NCBI RefSeq assembly: GCF_000315625.1
Contig: NW_005434670.1
Location: forward strand, 144,237-208,236
Length of the DNA stretch: 64,000 nt
Reading direction: 5' to 3'
Source: Guillardia theta CCMP2712
Taxonomy: Eukaryota; Protista; Cryptophyta
Of this stretch, positions 51,711 through 62,544 are shown in pieces (the stretch's first letter is position 1; each line of letters opens with the position of its first letter). The translations under genes were made by a program, and so were the position numbers. Under the pieces are notes generated by a model. That model was not told where the DNA came from, searched no databases, and saw only the letters and a list, made by a program, of their open reading frames with translations.

Positions 51711-52149
51711 ATTCCGTCCAGAAAACCTGGTCGACGACTGGCTAATTTTGAACTAGAACAAGCTGCAGCAGCTTTGCCAATCTCGAGGTGCTTTCGTTGC
51801 GTCCTAGAATGTGTCCTCGGAGATAACAGCTCAGCTTGCTTGATGACAGCCCAGCGGCAAGCAAGCTGAGCTGTTGAAAAGTTGAATTCCACTGAGTCAC
51901 GGTGAGAAGGCAGGAAGCTCCCACCGGTTTAGTCTGCCAGCGTGTGTGGATTGTGCTAACTGATATAAACTAACACCCCATCGAGTACAAGTTTGTAGAG
52001 TGAGTAGGCAAGGAAATGCCTCAATGAATTGTTGATGATACCATGAAGAAACGTTTGCGCTGGATTCTGTGATCACACCCGCCTGGAGGCGACCTGGATC
52101 AGTGATTTGAAGTGGAAAGTTGGGAAATATTTTCAATTGCGTATTTTCC

Positions 52150-53607
52150 TGAGATGATAATGACTCTCCGCTAACACTGCCGTCGGCAACTTGTCATCAT
52201 CGGCTATCTCAATTTCTGACGACGGTGACAGCTTCTCTTGCAAGCTCACCAAATCAATACTTCACGGCCCTAGCTCACTACCTCCCCACATGACGTGTGT
52301 CCCACCAGCAGGTGTAGCCTGCCATAGCTGCCCAGCCCAGTTTGGAGTAGATGCCCAGGTCGGAGTTGCCAGTGATCCCCATCTGAAATTAAGACTTATC
52401 AGAACATGCCTTAATCACCAGTGAAAGGGATCATACCCCGGAGTAGAGGCACTTGCTGACGGTGTCTGGGACCACAAAGGGAGCATCTGACCTCCGTTCG
52501 GAGTCTGAATCTTCATGCCTGAATGATACTAAGTCCAGGACCACAAACAGAGAAAGACAAAAAATTACCTGGAGATGGCGGTAAGACTGACCATCTGTTT
52601 CACGTAGTCGTCAGTACATTGAAAATTGATAGCTCGGTCAATAAACTCACGGCACGTGTAATGGAGCTTGACCGGGAGAAGGCTGAGGCATATTGCCTCC
52701 CCACATCATAGGCGCATTGCCACCGGGTGAAATCTTTGCAAACGGATAGGATCAATCACAAGGCAACAAGGAAGCGTCAGATCTGACGCACCGTTGGCGA
52801 TGCTGTTATCATTGGCTGCCAAATCATCCCAACAGAATCAGGGGGCAGCGCCTGCGGCGACCACAAAGGCACTGGCGGACGGGCAGGAGACGCAGGCATT
52901 ACACCAGCAGTTAACCCTGACATATGCGCATTGTTCCAATCCAAAACAGACGGAGGATTCTATCAAACCAACGATCAGGTATGACAGGAACAAACAAACA
53001 GAATCAAGAGCAGGGAGGCTATTGGAGCGTAGATGGGAGCAGTCGCAAAATACGATTCTACACCTGGGGCAAACCAAGCATGCCCATCCCATCATCGTTG
53101 TCTTCCATAGCATCATCGGACTCTTGATCATCAATCCCATCCGAGAAATTTTTGGAATCTGCCTCATGAGTTTCGCTATCTTGCTTTCCCATTCTTTGCT
53201 GTAGTTTCTCCAGCAATTTTCGCCTGCAAATGCTTTTAAACCACAATGCGCCAATGATTCCAGACACCTGTCCGCATTTACACTCCCTGCATCCGAGCTC
53301 GAAGCTGCACTGCGCCTATAGTACAGGTCACAATGTCGAACTACTACATACACCAACGCAGGGAGAAACTCACAGGTTACCACTTTGAGCAGCTTGGCAA
53401 ACGTGCCCCTTCTTGGGCTGAAGTCCAACACCATTAATGCTCAAGAATCACGGACAAGGTTAAAGTGCACACCTGTCCACAAATCCCACATTTATACTTG
53501 GAGCGAGAAGTCCCTTGATTTCTCGCATGCATAGCCCACCCTTCGCCTAATGCGCCGTAATGCTGACCCATGAATGCTTGTGACGGATGCATGTTAAATT
53601 GCGCCAT
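52150..53607 (-). CDS. Multi-exon low-complexity protein with a small C-x2-C-x6-H-x-C zinc finger
   Basis: From ATG 53607 MAQFNMHPSQ...; splicing the 55-nt GT-AG intron 53418-53472 gives YKCGICGQ|PKKGHVC, followed by acidic and Pro/Trp-rich exons. The 3' end is approximate. Confidence 0.65.
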
Positions 53608-53924
53608 GGTTGTATAGCGTTGAAGGTAATTACGTTGGAATCTCTTCCCTATATGAGAAGCAGCGAGCTAGGCGAGCAATTGCCCTACTCGCTCTTTGTT
53701 GCAAGCAAGGCAGCAGCTGAGCTAACACACGCCTTTTTGGCTCTCGTCGATTGAGTATCGAACCCAATGTCTGCAGGTTGAAAGAAGGATGTGAATTCCT
53801 CCCAGTTATGTCTACTTGTCTTCTGTTCACAACCGAGAAGGTTTGTCTCTTGCCCCTCTTCCTATTGCTCCTCGTTCGCTCGCACCTTGCTCGCCCGGTT
53901 CCCTACTGCCGCGCCATTGAGAGG

Positions 53925-54620
53925 CCGTGGGGTGGGGTCAGTACCACCGGGTGTTGAATCAGGGACTTGAGGGGTGGGGGTGGAAGGGGATGGGTATGAG
54001 GGTCTGTTGATGACTTTCCAATAAGGGGGTAGGGTGCAGGGTTTCCAGGCACCTGTGGAGAAATACCCCCTTGTTTCACTATGTTTTCGTGGGTCCATTC
54101 CATGGGGCCTTTGAACAGGGTGGGAGGGTATTGACTTTTCAGGGTGGGATACAGACGGGGGTGGGTTTTGAAAGTTTTGGAACTACGTAGATGGCAGGGC
54201 ACTCAAGGGGTGGGGGTTATCTGGGTGGTTGTTTATAGCAAGGATCGGGGGGTAGGGACCCGGTGTGAAGGTGCGTGACACCGTTGGTGTGGCATTGTGT
54301 CTATATTGACCGGTACATTTGACTAAACAATAAGCCTATATCACCAGGTAGTGCAGCAAGGAAAGGGGTAGGGGGTAGTATCCGTCTGGAGGGTGGGGGA
54401 ATGGGGTTCAAAGCTATTTGAATATTGAAGGGGTAGTCAAGAACAAACCAAAGTAGGGGTTTGAGGAGTTGGGGTGGGGGTGATCCGATTGGGAAGGGGT
54501 CCAAGCTAGTCTTTTTCACTTGCACTCAGGGGGGGTGGTGGTGGCCATACGTACATGCTGAAGGAGGATTTGGTTGGTTCTACTGGGGTAGGGTCAATCA
54601 CCCCACCCTGTCTCGAAGCG
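53925..54620. repeat. GGGT/GGGGT-rich low-complexity island
   Basis: Dense runs of G3-G6 followed by T on the + strand; no credible CDS. Confidence 0.6.
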
Positions 54621-55585
54621 AAAATGGATGGGGTACAGCACAAGAACCATGATTTAAAAAAGGTTGAGAAATTTGAAATTTACAGGAGGATCATCTCCGG
54701 AAGTTTGCCCGAAACAACAGGCTGTCGGGGAGACGAAAAGAATGTCGTTTATGAGCAGGAAAAAGCCATGATGTACTTGTATGAGATGATTGAGTAGAAC
54801 CAAGCTCAGTGCGCTGGTAGCAATCGTCACGTTGTGTATTGAAGCAATCTCCTGAGGCTCTTTTGGAAGGCGCGAGCTGACTTCAACTTCTTCGTCACTG
54901 GGGAAAATTGGAAGGTTAGCTAATCCATGATGCTCCAGCGTCTGCGCTGTTACCCTGGCAGCTGAGGGTGAAATGTGTGTGGGTTGCCTCAAGCTGATAT
55001 TATCCGGGGGGGGTAGTGGGTGTGAATGATGACTGCAGCGAGATGAAAAGACATTCGGAATAGCACCTAGACTCCTCCACGTAGCCGAGAGACATCAGAT
55101 ATCGAAACAGCGAACGCGGCTAGTCGAAATTGATGATTGTATTACATAACCGAACCTGTTTGGTACGGACTACTTTGATCATCATCTCTAGTCACAATGA
55201 TGTGAAACCGCTCACTCTTTTACTTGAAAAATCTTTACGACTCCCCCCCCCACCTCCGAACCTGAAAACATTTCTACTGCCCGTGCTTTGAGATGCGTCG
55301 TATTTGCTTTTTGTCCGCCGATGCATCGCCATCTGATTTCTTCACAGTGATGGCAAGGATGCCTTGTATGTCAGCTCGACCCTGATCGAAGTGTGTATGC
55401 TATGAAATGCTCTTGCACGGGGCAACCACAACTTAGTTCGATTTGGAGGCTTTAGTCACGACAGGCCCGTGTTTAGACAGATGAAACACTTGCAAACTGT
55501 ATGATGGCTGATAGAAATACTTTGCGCTAAACTCTTCATCGCCAACAAAAGATAAAAACAATACACTTTCCACAAACAAACCCTG

Positions 55586-56980
55586 TCATCGGAAAGGGAT
55601 GACGACGCTACGAAGTTCCGCGTTCTCAAACCTTGCTTTCCCTTCTCGCTCCTCCCACTTGAAATGCTCCTGAACATCGTCGAGCAAGAGCAATGAAAGC
55701 ATCAGCATCATCAAGAGATCACAGCTGAGCATCACCTGGAACATTCTTGCGAGGAAGGAGGAATGGCTGACCACAAGAATTTCCTTCTCTGGCCTCGACG
55801 CCACAAAGTCTAGGAACTGTTGGACCCGCACGTCGATCTCAGCGTCCGACTCTCGAGGAGGACAGCTCTCAGGTGTGCAGAGGTGCGGGTCTGGCCCAGC
55901 TGCTATGAACGTGAAGTTCACCTGCCGTTCCAGTTTCTCAGATCGTGCTGGGGAGGAGGGGGAGAGGGAACAAGAGCTGACCTGGGGAAAGTCTTGCCGG
56001 AGCTCCTGGACTGAGCGACGGCTGTCACAAGGATGCTTTCCTGGGTTTGCACGTGAGGACGAGAAGGAAGGGAGCGTTCGACCCTCGTCTCGTCTCACCA
56101 AATCTCTCCCTCACATGCTCCAGCGCGATGACAGGAACGTCTTTGCGCTCCCTGAATCCAAGAGTGTACGTTTGCAGCGTCCGGGTGAGAGGAGAGACGA
56201 GAACGAGGGAGTAGTCGACATGGTCGCTGGTGCTCCTCAGGTTCCTCTGTAACAGCATGAGTGTCATTTCGCGACAGCGTATCTAAAAGCACGCACGCAT
56301 TGTTCCTCGCCATGCGGGGAGAGTTTAGCGTCGAAGAAGGAAGGGTCATCGAGGGCGGCCTCGTACTCTCGGCTTCCTCGGACATGCCTGGAGGACGGCA
56401 GACAAGAATGAGATCAGCATCGCGAGGAGAGAAACGGATGCTGAGGATGCACCACATGCACGCATGCTGTGGTCCCCATGCACACAAAGACAGATAGGTT
56501 GACCCCTCATCATCTCCATGATCTCCATCACTGTTTGCTCCTCCTCTATCTCCATCTCCTCTATCTCCATCTCCATCTCCATCTCCATCTCCATCTCCAT
56601 CTCCATCTCCATCTCCATCTCCATCTCCAACTTCTCTCACTCGCCCTTGCCCTCGCCCTCGCCCTCTCACCCTGCTCCTCCCCTTCCCCCTCCTCTTCCA
56701 TCTTCGTCTCCTCCTCTTCTTACTTCTTCGCTGCAACGTTGTGAAACCCTTCTGCATGCCTGACAAAGTGAACCGTCTTCGCCTTCGACTTCGGGAACGC
56801 GCCATGGATGCGAGGAGCACCGGCGCTGCTGCCATGGCTCCCCTCGCACTTATCTTGCTTCTCTCCATCCTTGTGCGCACAAGAAAAGCTGCACAGGAGG
56901 CCAAGGGTCACACATGCTGCGAGCCCCAGCATGAGGAGCCGCTGCGCCGGTTGCCTCGTCCTCCTGACCAGGGTCTTCAT
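55586..56980 (-). CDS. Histidine phosphatase superfamily (phosphoglycerate mutase-like) protein with an N-terminal signal anchor; multi-exon
   Basis: VHFVRHAEGFHN, VSPLTRTLQT, HPCDSRR, ILVVSHSSFL, FENAELRS. Confidence 0.9.
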
Positions 56981-57239
56981 CACGTGGCCCAGTGGAGGGA
57001 AAACTGAAGGGGAAAAGCAACAAAGAAGGGGGGGGATTGCGTTGGGAGGTGGGCAGGCAGGAGGGAGCTGGAGGGAGGGAGGGAGAGAGGGAGGGAGGAA
57101 GGGAGGAGGAGGGAGGGAGGGAGGAGGAGGGAGGGAGGGAGGGAGGGAGGGAGGGAGGAGGAGGGAGGGAGGGAGGAGGAGGGAGGGAGGGAGGAGGAGG
57201 GAGGGAGGGAGGAGGAGGGAGGGAGGGAAGGAGGTAGGG

Positions 57240-57339
57240 NNNNNNNNNNNNNNNNNNNNNNNNNNNNNNNNNNNNNNNNNNNNNNNNNNNNNNNNNNNNN
57301 NNNNNNNNNNNNNNNNNNNNNNNNNNNNNNNNNNNNNNN
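57240..57339. other. Assembly gap (100 N) preceded by a (GGAG/GGA)n tract
   Basis: Run of N; purine microsatellite at 57060-57239. Confidence 1.
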
Positions 57340-57344
57340 GGGGG

Positions 57345-60170
57345 GGGGGCATCATAGTACCGTCATGACGTCCGAGGAGTACGTCCCTGGTCCAGGAAGC
57401 TGCTGCTTGAACTTGTCGGAAGGATCCTGAAACCTTTGCGACTGTGAAATGAAGATGGTCTTTCCGTTCTGTGATTGAAGTTAGCTGAACATGTTCCTGC
57501 CCTTCTACTCCTCCTCCTCCTCTCCCTTGTGCTGCTACTGCTGCTCCTTGCTCCTGACCTCCTGATCCTCATACTGGTCCATGCCCTAGCCCTCTCCTCC
57601 TCCTCTCTTGCTCCTCCTTCTCCTCGCACTCACTGCTGGTTTCTTGTATCCCGTTCCCCATTCCATCGACTTGTAGTACTGGCCAGGCGCTGGGCCCTCG
57701 ATCGCCAGCTCGGGCTCAGCTCGGGCGCGGGGGGTCCCGGCAATGAGGACGCTGATCGGGCCCTTCTTGAGTTTGCCCTGAATCTGCTTCGGCTGCTTGG
57801 ACTCGTAGGTGACAGGAGGGGAACGAGCATCCTCGTCCTGCGAAGAAGCCTGCTCAACAAACCTCTTGCTCGTCGACCCGAAGTTGCCTCCTCGGCTGAA
57901 CCGCTTCTTGGAGAGCATGGCGACGAAGTTGTAGCGATTATCCTCATCGTACGCTCCTGGCCCCGGAGCCTTGGGGGCCTCCTTCACCGGCCCGTTGAAC
58001 CTCGTGCCAGAGGAGAGGAAGGGAACGGATCTGCGAACCATGGTGGGGGCCGTGTAGGAGGAGAGGTCGTTGAAGCTGGTCCTCACGGCATCGTAACTTC
58101 CTGGGCCCGGGGTGGAAAAGGGCTTTTCCTCCTTCGCCAGCCTCTTGGATGTGCTCCCGAAGCACTGGAGGTGTTCTGGAATCTTCTTGCGGGCCTTTTC
58201 CAGGCTGTCGGGGATCTTGTAGGAGCCGGGGCCCGGGGCCGACACTACCTCGTCTCTGACCGGTTTCTCCTTCACCTGGTAAGGTCGGAGGACTCGACTA
58301 GCAAACGTGGCGGTTGGCTTCCTCCTCTAAAGGCATTCATGAGCTCCATGTGAATCTTTCCTCCGCCCCTCCTCCTCCTCCTCCTCCTCCTCTACTTCTC
58401 TTTACTGCTCCTCCTGCCATTGCTCCTGCTTCTGCTCCCCCTACCGTCACCCCTTTAGTTCCAGCCCTTCTTTCCAGCCTGCTCCCCCTGGTCTACCATC
58501 CTGCTTTTCACTCCTGCGTCCTCCTCATCAACATCGCACCTGCGGCACAACTTCCGTCCCTTCCTCTTGCTTTCTGCTGCTGTACGCGCCAGGTCCCGGA
58601 ATCTCCGAGGCCGTGAGGAAGGAGAGGTCGGCTCGTGCCGACTTGCTCCTTCCGAAGTCGAAGCTCCTGACCTTGGGCCTCGTGGGTTCCAGGACTGGGT
58701 CATAGTTCCCGGGCCCCACCATATCCTTCTTGTCCCCCTGCTCGAAGGTCAGAGGAAGGAACATTTCCACTGAGCACAGACAGCATAGGTCACGATAGGA
58801 GGCTTCTGCTTCACCAGCTGCCCGTTGGGACCCTCCTCGTACCCAAAGGCTTGGTCCTGCGGAAAGTGAACAAATGAGGGGAGGCGGGGAGGAGGAACGG
58901 GGAAAAAAAGACAAGTCAATAGGGAGGAGAAGAACAGGAATGGAGGGAGGGGGGAGAGGGGAAGCAGCAGGAAAAGTTGCTGCACCTGTCGTGGGATTGA
59001 TGGAGCAGTCGGAGCACGGTACCATATGATACGTTTGCTGTCCCTCTCAGCGGAACCTGGCAAAACAGTCAATGAGCACCCGCGAGTGAAGGACGGATGT
59101 ATTGGATGAGGCGACGAAATTGCAAGAAGGAACACGGATTGTTGTAATATGAAGAAGGAGGAAGGGAGAAAGGAAGGAAGGAAACAGAGGGGAAGAGAGG
59201 AGAGGAGAGGAGAGAGAGCGAGGAGGGACTGAGGAGATCACTTGATGTGTTGACCGTCCTTCTCCTGTCGCTCTCAAAGCTTGAGCGCAGGTCGTAAGCG
59301 CCAGGCCCAGGCTTCTCTAGCACCTGCCCAGCACAGTCACGACAGGCCCAGCAGGAGTGCAGCAGGCACTCACTTCCCTCGACTCCTGCTGCAGCCTGTC
59401 GGACTTGGAGAGGAAGCCGACGTCAGCTGGGGAAGTCAGGAACCTCGGGCCTCCCATGTATCTGAGTTCGAGCAGGTTGACATCTTTCTTTCTTCCCATC
59501 AGTCAGGTTTCACCTCTTTCGCGCTACATCGTAGGAGCCCGGGCCAGGCGTGTTGAAGTCTTGATACCTAGCGGCGGCTACAAACGATGCAAACTCACCA
59601 ACAGCTGATTTGCGGAGATAGAGAAGGAGGAAGAGGAGTATCAGAGGTACAAGAGACAGGTTTCACATCGCTCCACTTCACAATAGACACAAACGGGATC
59701 AATTCCTATCATCACGAGCAAGAAACTTGAATCAGGGAGGTCGTCGGAACACCAGGAACGAGGAAGAAAAGCAAAGGACACAGACAGAAGGCTCGTAAAG
59801 TATCCTGCAATTCTCGACGACATCTACTCGTTCACTCGGTTTACCTCCAATCGCTCGCTCAGATGTGCTGGAGAAGGGAGCGTACGCATGATCAATTTCC
59901 TGACAAACACCCAATCTGTCAGTCGTCCCGCTGATATTTCAGAGAAGCCGTGTGCATGTGAAACTCAGAGAAGCACATGAATGAGATATGCTCTTGCTTG
60001 AATCCAGAAAATTGTGAACAAGTAGCGTGTACACTTTGATGCCACACAGGAACAAAACAAATGCTCACATGGTTGAAATATGATCCATATGAGCCCGGTC
60101 CAACGGAAACCGGAGTGTTTCCAAACTTTGCAAAAGTTGGAGACCTTTCCGACCTCGACGTGAATGCCAT
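57345..60170 (-). CDS. SHIPPO/PGP-repeat (STPG/ODF3-like) flagellar protein; multi-exon, 3' end near the gap
   Basis: Repeated PGPGxY motifs (VGPGSY, PGPGAYD, VGPGNYDP, PGPGAYS, PGPGSYK, PGPGSYD, PAPGQYY, PGPGTY) with F-S-S-T-S-x-R-type spacers; starts MAFTSRSER. Confidence 0.9.
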
Positions 60171-60785
60171 GTTGAAGATAGAACAAATAAAATCTGCTCA
60201 GCCGCTAACACGTGAAACAAGCTGATCTCAAGCTCTGGATCCTGTTAGTTGGGCATTCTTTGCACGTCATAGACAGAAGTTCAGCTCATGAAGCGCCCTG
60301 AAGCAAATTTTCGTTGATTGTACAATGAAGCTGATAAATCTCTTTCAACTGCGTGCGTCTTGGCAAAATCAGACGACACGACAGGCAAAATGTCTTGTGG
60401 GCAAAAAATGCACCGATGGTAATTCAGAGTGGCAGAACTACACGAGATCGACAAGGGAGCAACAAGTTTGCTTAGAATGTTGAGCGATTGAGAGAGAAGT
60501 GTCGGGGATGCGAACCAAGATGAAGGAGAGGATGAATCGGCAGCAGGGGAGGAAAACAAGGGGCACGGCACTCTAGGGTAAGCAGGAGAGATCGGAAGCG
60601 GCGGAGGGACGAGAGGCAGGAAGAGACAGCGAGTGTCGAAGAGGCTCTAGGTGGCCACAGGTCGACGACACTACGATCCCTCCTATCCTCCTCTCCCCCT
60701 TCCTTCGCTTCCTCCGCAACCTCCTTCGCCCTCTGGTGCCATGGTAACGGCTAAACGCACGAGTGTCATCACCCTCATACTCCAA

Positions 60786-61320
60786 TCCGCGGCCCGGGCC
60801 GCATCGGCGGCACGGGACACTCTTACTACTAGCTTACTAAGTTATGCGGCACTGATCAGTGAACCGCGGCCCGGCGGGCCCGGGTCGCCCGTCCGGGCCC
60901 CCGGGGGCCCCGCCGCCGGGGGTGCGCAAGTTCTTCCGGGGCGAGGCTCGCGGGCCGCGCGGCGGACGGTCCGATCCGATCCGCGATGATCATCATGGCA
61001 TCACCGTGTCAGGCTGATCATCATCGGATAAAAAGATCAGTACGGTACGGACTCGACAACCAGGAGAGTCGAGGACTGAGGCTTGACCTGACATTGCGCG
61101 GCCGCGGCCGGGCGGCACAGCGGCCTGACCTGACTCAGTGTGACTCTCACAGTGAACGAAGGCAGAAACTGAGACCGTGCAGCGAGCCTCCGATCAGTGC
61201 CGCGTGCAGCGAGCCTCCGAGAACCATCGTGACGGGCCAATGAGGTGGCCCGGCCTGCCCGCCAACCGCCGGGCACTGCTGTCCCCCAAACTTAACTGAT
61301 ACCTTCACTTAACTGCGCGC
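60786..61320. repeat. GC/palindrome-rich island ending in a motif shared with 32141-32169
   Basis: Dense GGCC/CCGG/GCGC/GATC words; gctgtcccccaaacttaactgataccttc is 27/29 identical to 32141-32169. Confidence 0.65.
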
Positions 61321-61504
61321 AGGACAATTCCCCCGCGCCATGCCAGCGATGTCGCTGTGGCCGCCGCCGAAGGAATGAGACGCATACCGGAATGCACCCG
61401 CGATGATCGCAACGAAAGTCTTCTAAACGTCCAGTTTAAAAGTCCAGTTTCCCCAAAGCTGCGGCAGGTTGCTTGAGGACGATCAGTGTGAGGACAATCA
61501 GGAC

Positions 61505-62530
61505 ATGAATACTACTGTCAAGTCGCTACATAGGTGCTGCTACCGTGACCGCATGCACAGCTTGCTGCAATGGCCCCACCGCATGCTCAGCTCGAGCAAG
61601 CCTGATCCATCAAGAATGCAGGGCAAGGCTGACTATCAATGCCTGAGATCTCCTCTCAACCTCGTGCATCATATGGGCGAGTATGAAAGTCTTATCCTCA
61701 GCAGATGTGCGAGTCCAGGCTGTATACGACGGGAGAAACTCCGAGTGGACAAGGAGATGAGTCGCAAGCTCGCAGAGAGTGGCGTTCTCACTGATGGCTA
61801 CATGAAGAGGTTTAACGCTGCGGTCGACGCCGCGTGCAATGAGTATAGCAAACGCTTGAAGGAATGCCATGATGAGAGTCACTTGACAATCAGTCGATTG
61901 GATGCTAAAACTCCAGACTTAAAAAAAGTAACAGAATTCCAAGCCGACCTGTGCGTGAGCTTTGACGAGGACACGGATCTTGAAACCATCTTCAAGGACG
62001 TGATCGACCAACCCGCTGCGGACGTGAAGATATTCGGACAGCCTGGAGTCTCGTATGAGCACTTTGAGATTAGAAAGGGGGAGTACATGTGCTTTGAGAT
62101 CACGGAGAAGCCAGGGAAGGTCTTTGAGAAGCTGTTCCAGGTCAATCGGCTGTACAATGTATTGAAGGACGACATGATTGGTGCAGACACAAAGATCGCG
62201 GCGATGGGCTTGTTGATGAACGGCAAGAGAGAGGAGTTTGAGATAGTCAGTTTGTGTATGAGGGAGTTCTTTTCTCTGGCTTCTGACGCCAAGTATGATT
62301 TGGCACCGATGGTGGAACCTGCCAGGATACCGTTCTTTTTGATGTACACTCCGTACAGGAATATCTTTGGAGTCATGCAGGATCTGAAGAACACGGTCGA
62401 GAGCAAGTTCAACAAAATGGAGGGCAAGTTCAATGAAATGGACGGCAAGTTCAACAGAATGGACAGCAAGTTAGATGAATTGAATAGGACGATGGGGCTC
62501 GTACTGAAGCATCTTAATATCGTACCATAA
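61505..62530 (+). CDS. Intronless uncharacterised protein with a C-terminal heptad-repeat coiled coil; candidate transposon cargo
   Basis: Open frame of ~340 aa; tail KFNKMEG-KFNEMDG-KFNRMDS-KLDELN; stop 14 bp before the recombinase ATG. Confidence 0.75.
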   Translation: MNTTVKSLHRCCYRDRMHSLLQWPHRMLSSSKPDPSRMQGKADYQCLRSPLNLVHHMGEYESLILSRCASPGCIRREKLRVDKEMSRKLAESGVLTDGYMKRFNAAVDAACNEYSKRLKECHDESHLTISRLDAKTPDLKKVTEFQADLCVSFDEDTDLETIFKDVIDQPAADVKIFGQPGVSYEHFEIRKGEYMCFEITEKPGKVFEKLFQVNRLYNVLKDDMIGADTKIAAMGLLMNGKREEFEIVSLCMREFFSLASDAKYDLAPMVEPARIPFFLMYTPYRNIFGVMQDLKNTVESKFNKMEGKFNEMDGKFNRMDSKLDELNRTMGLVLKHLNIVP

Positions 62531-62544
62531 TCGACGCGACTGGA

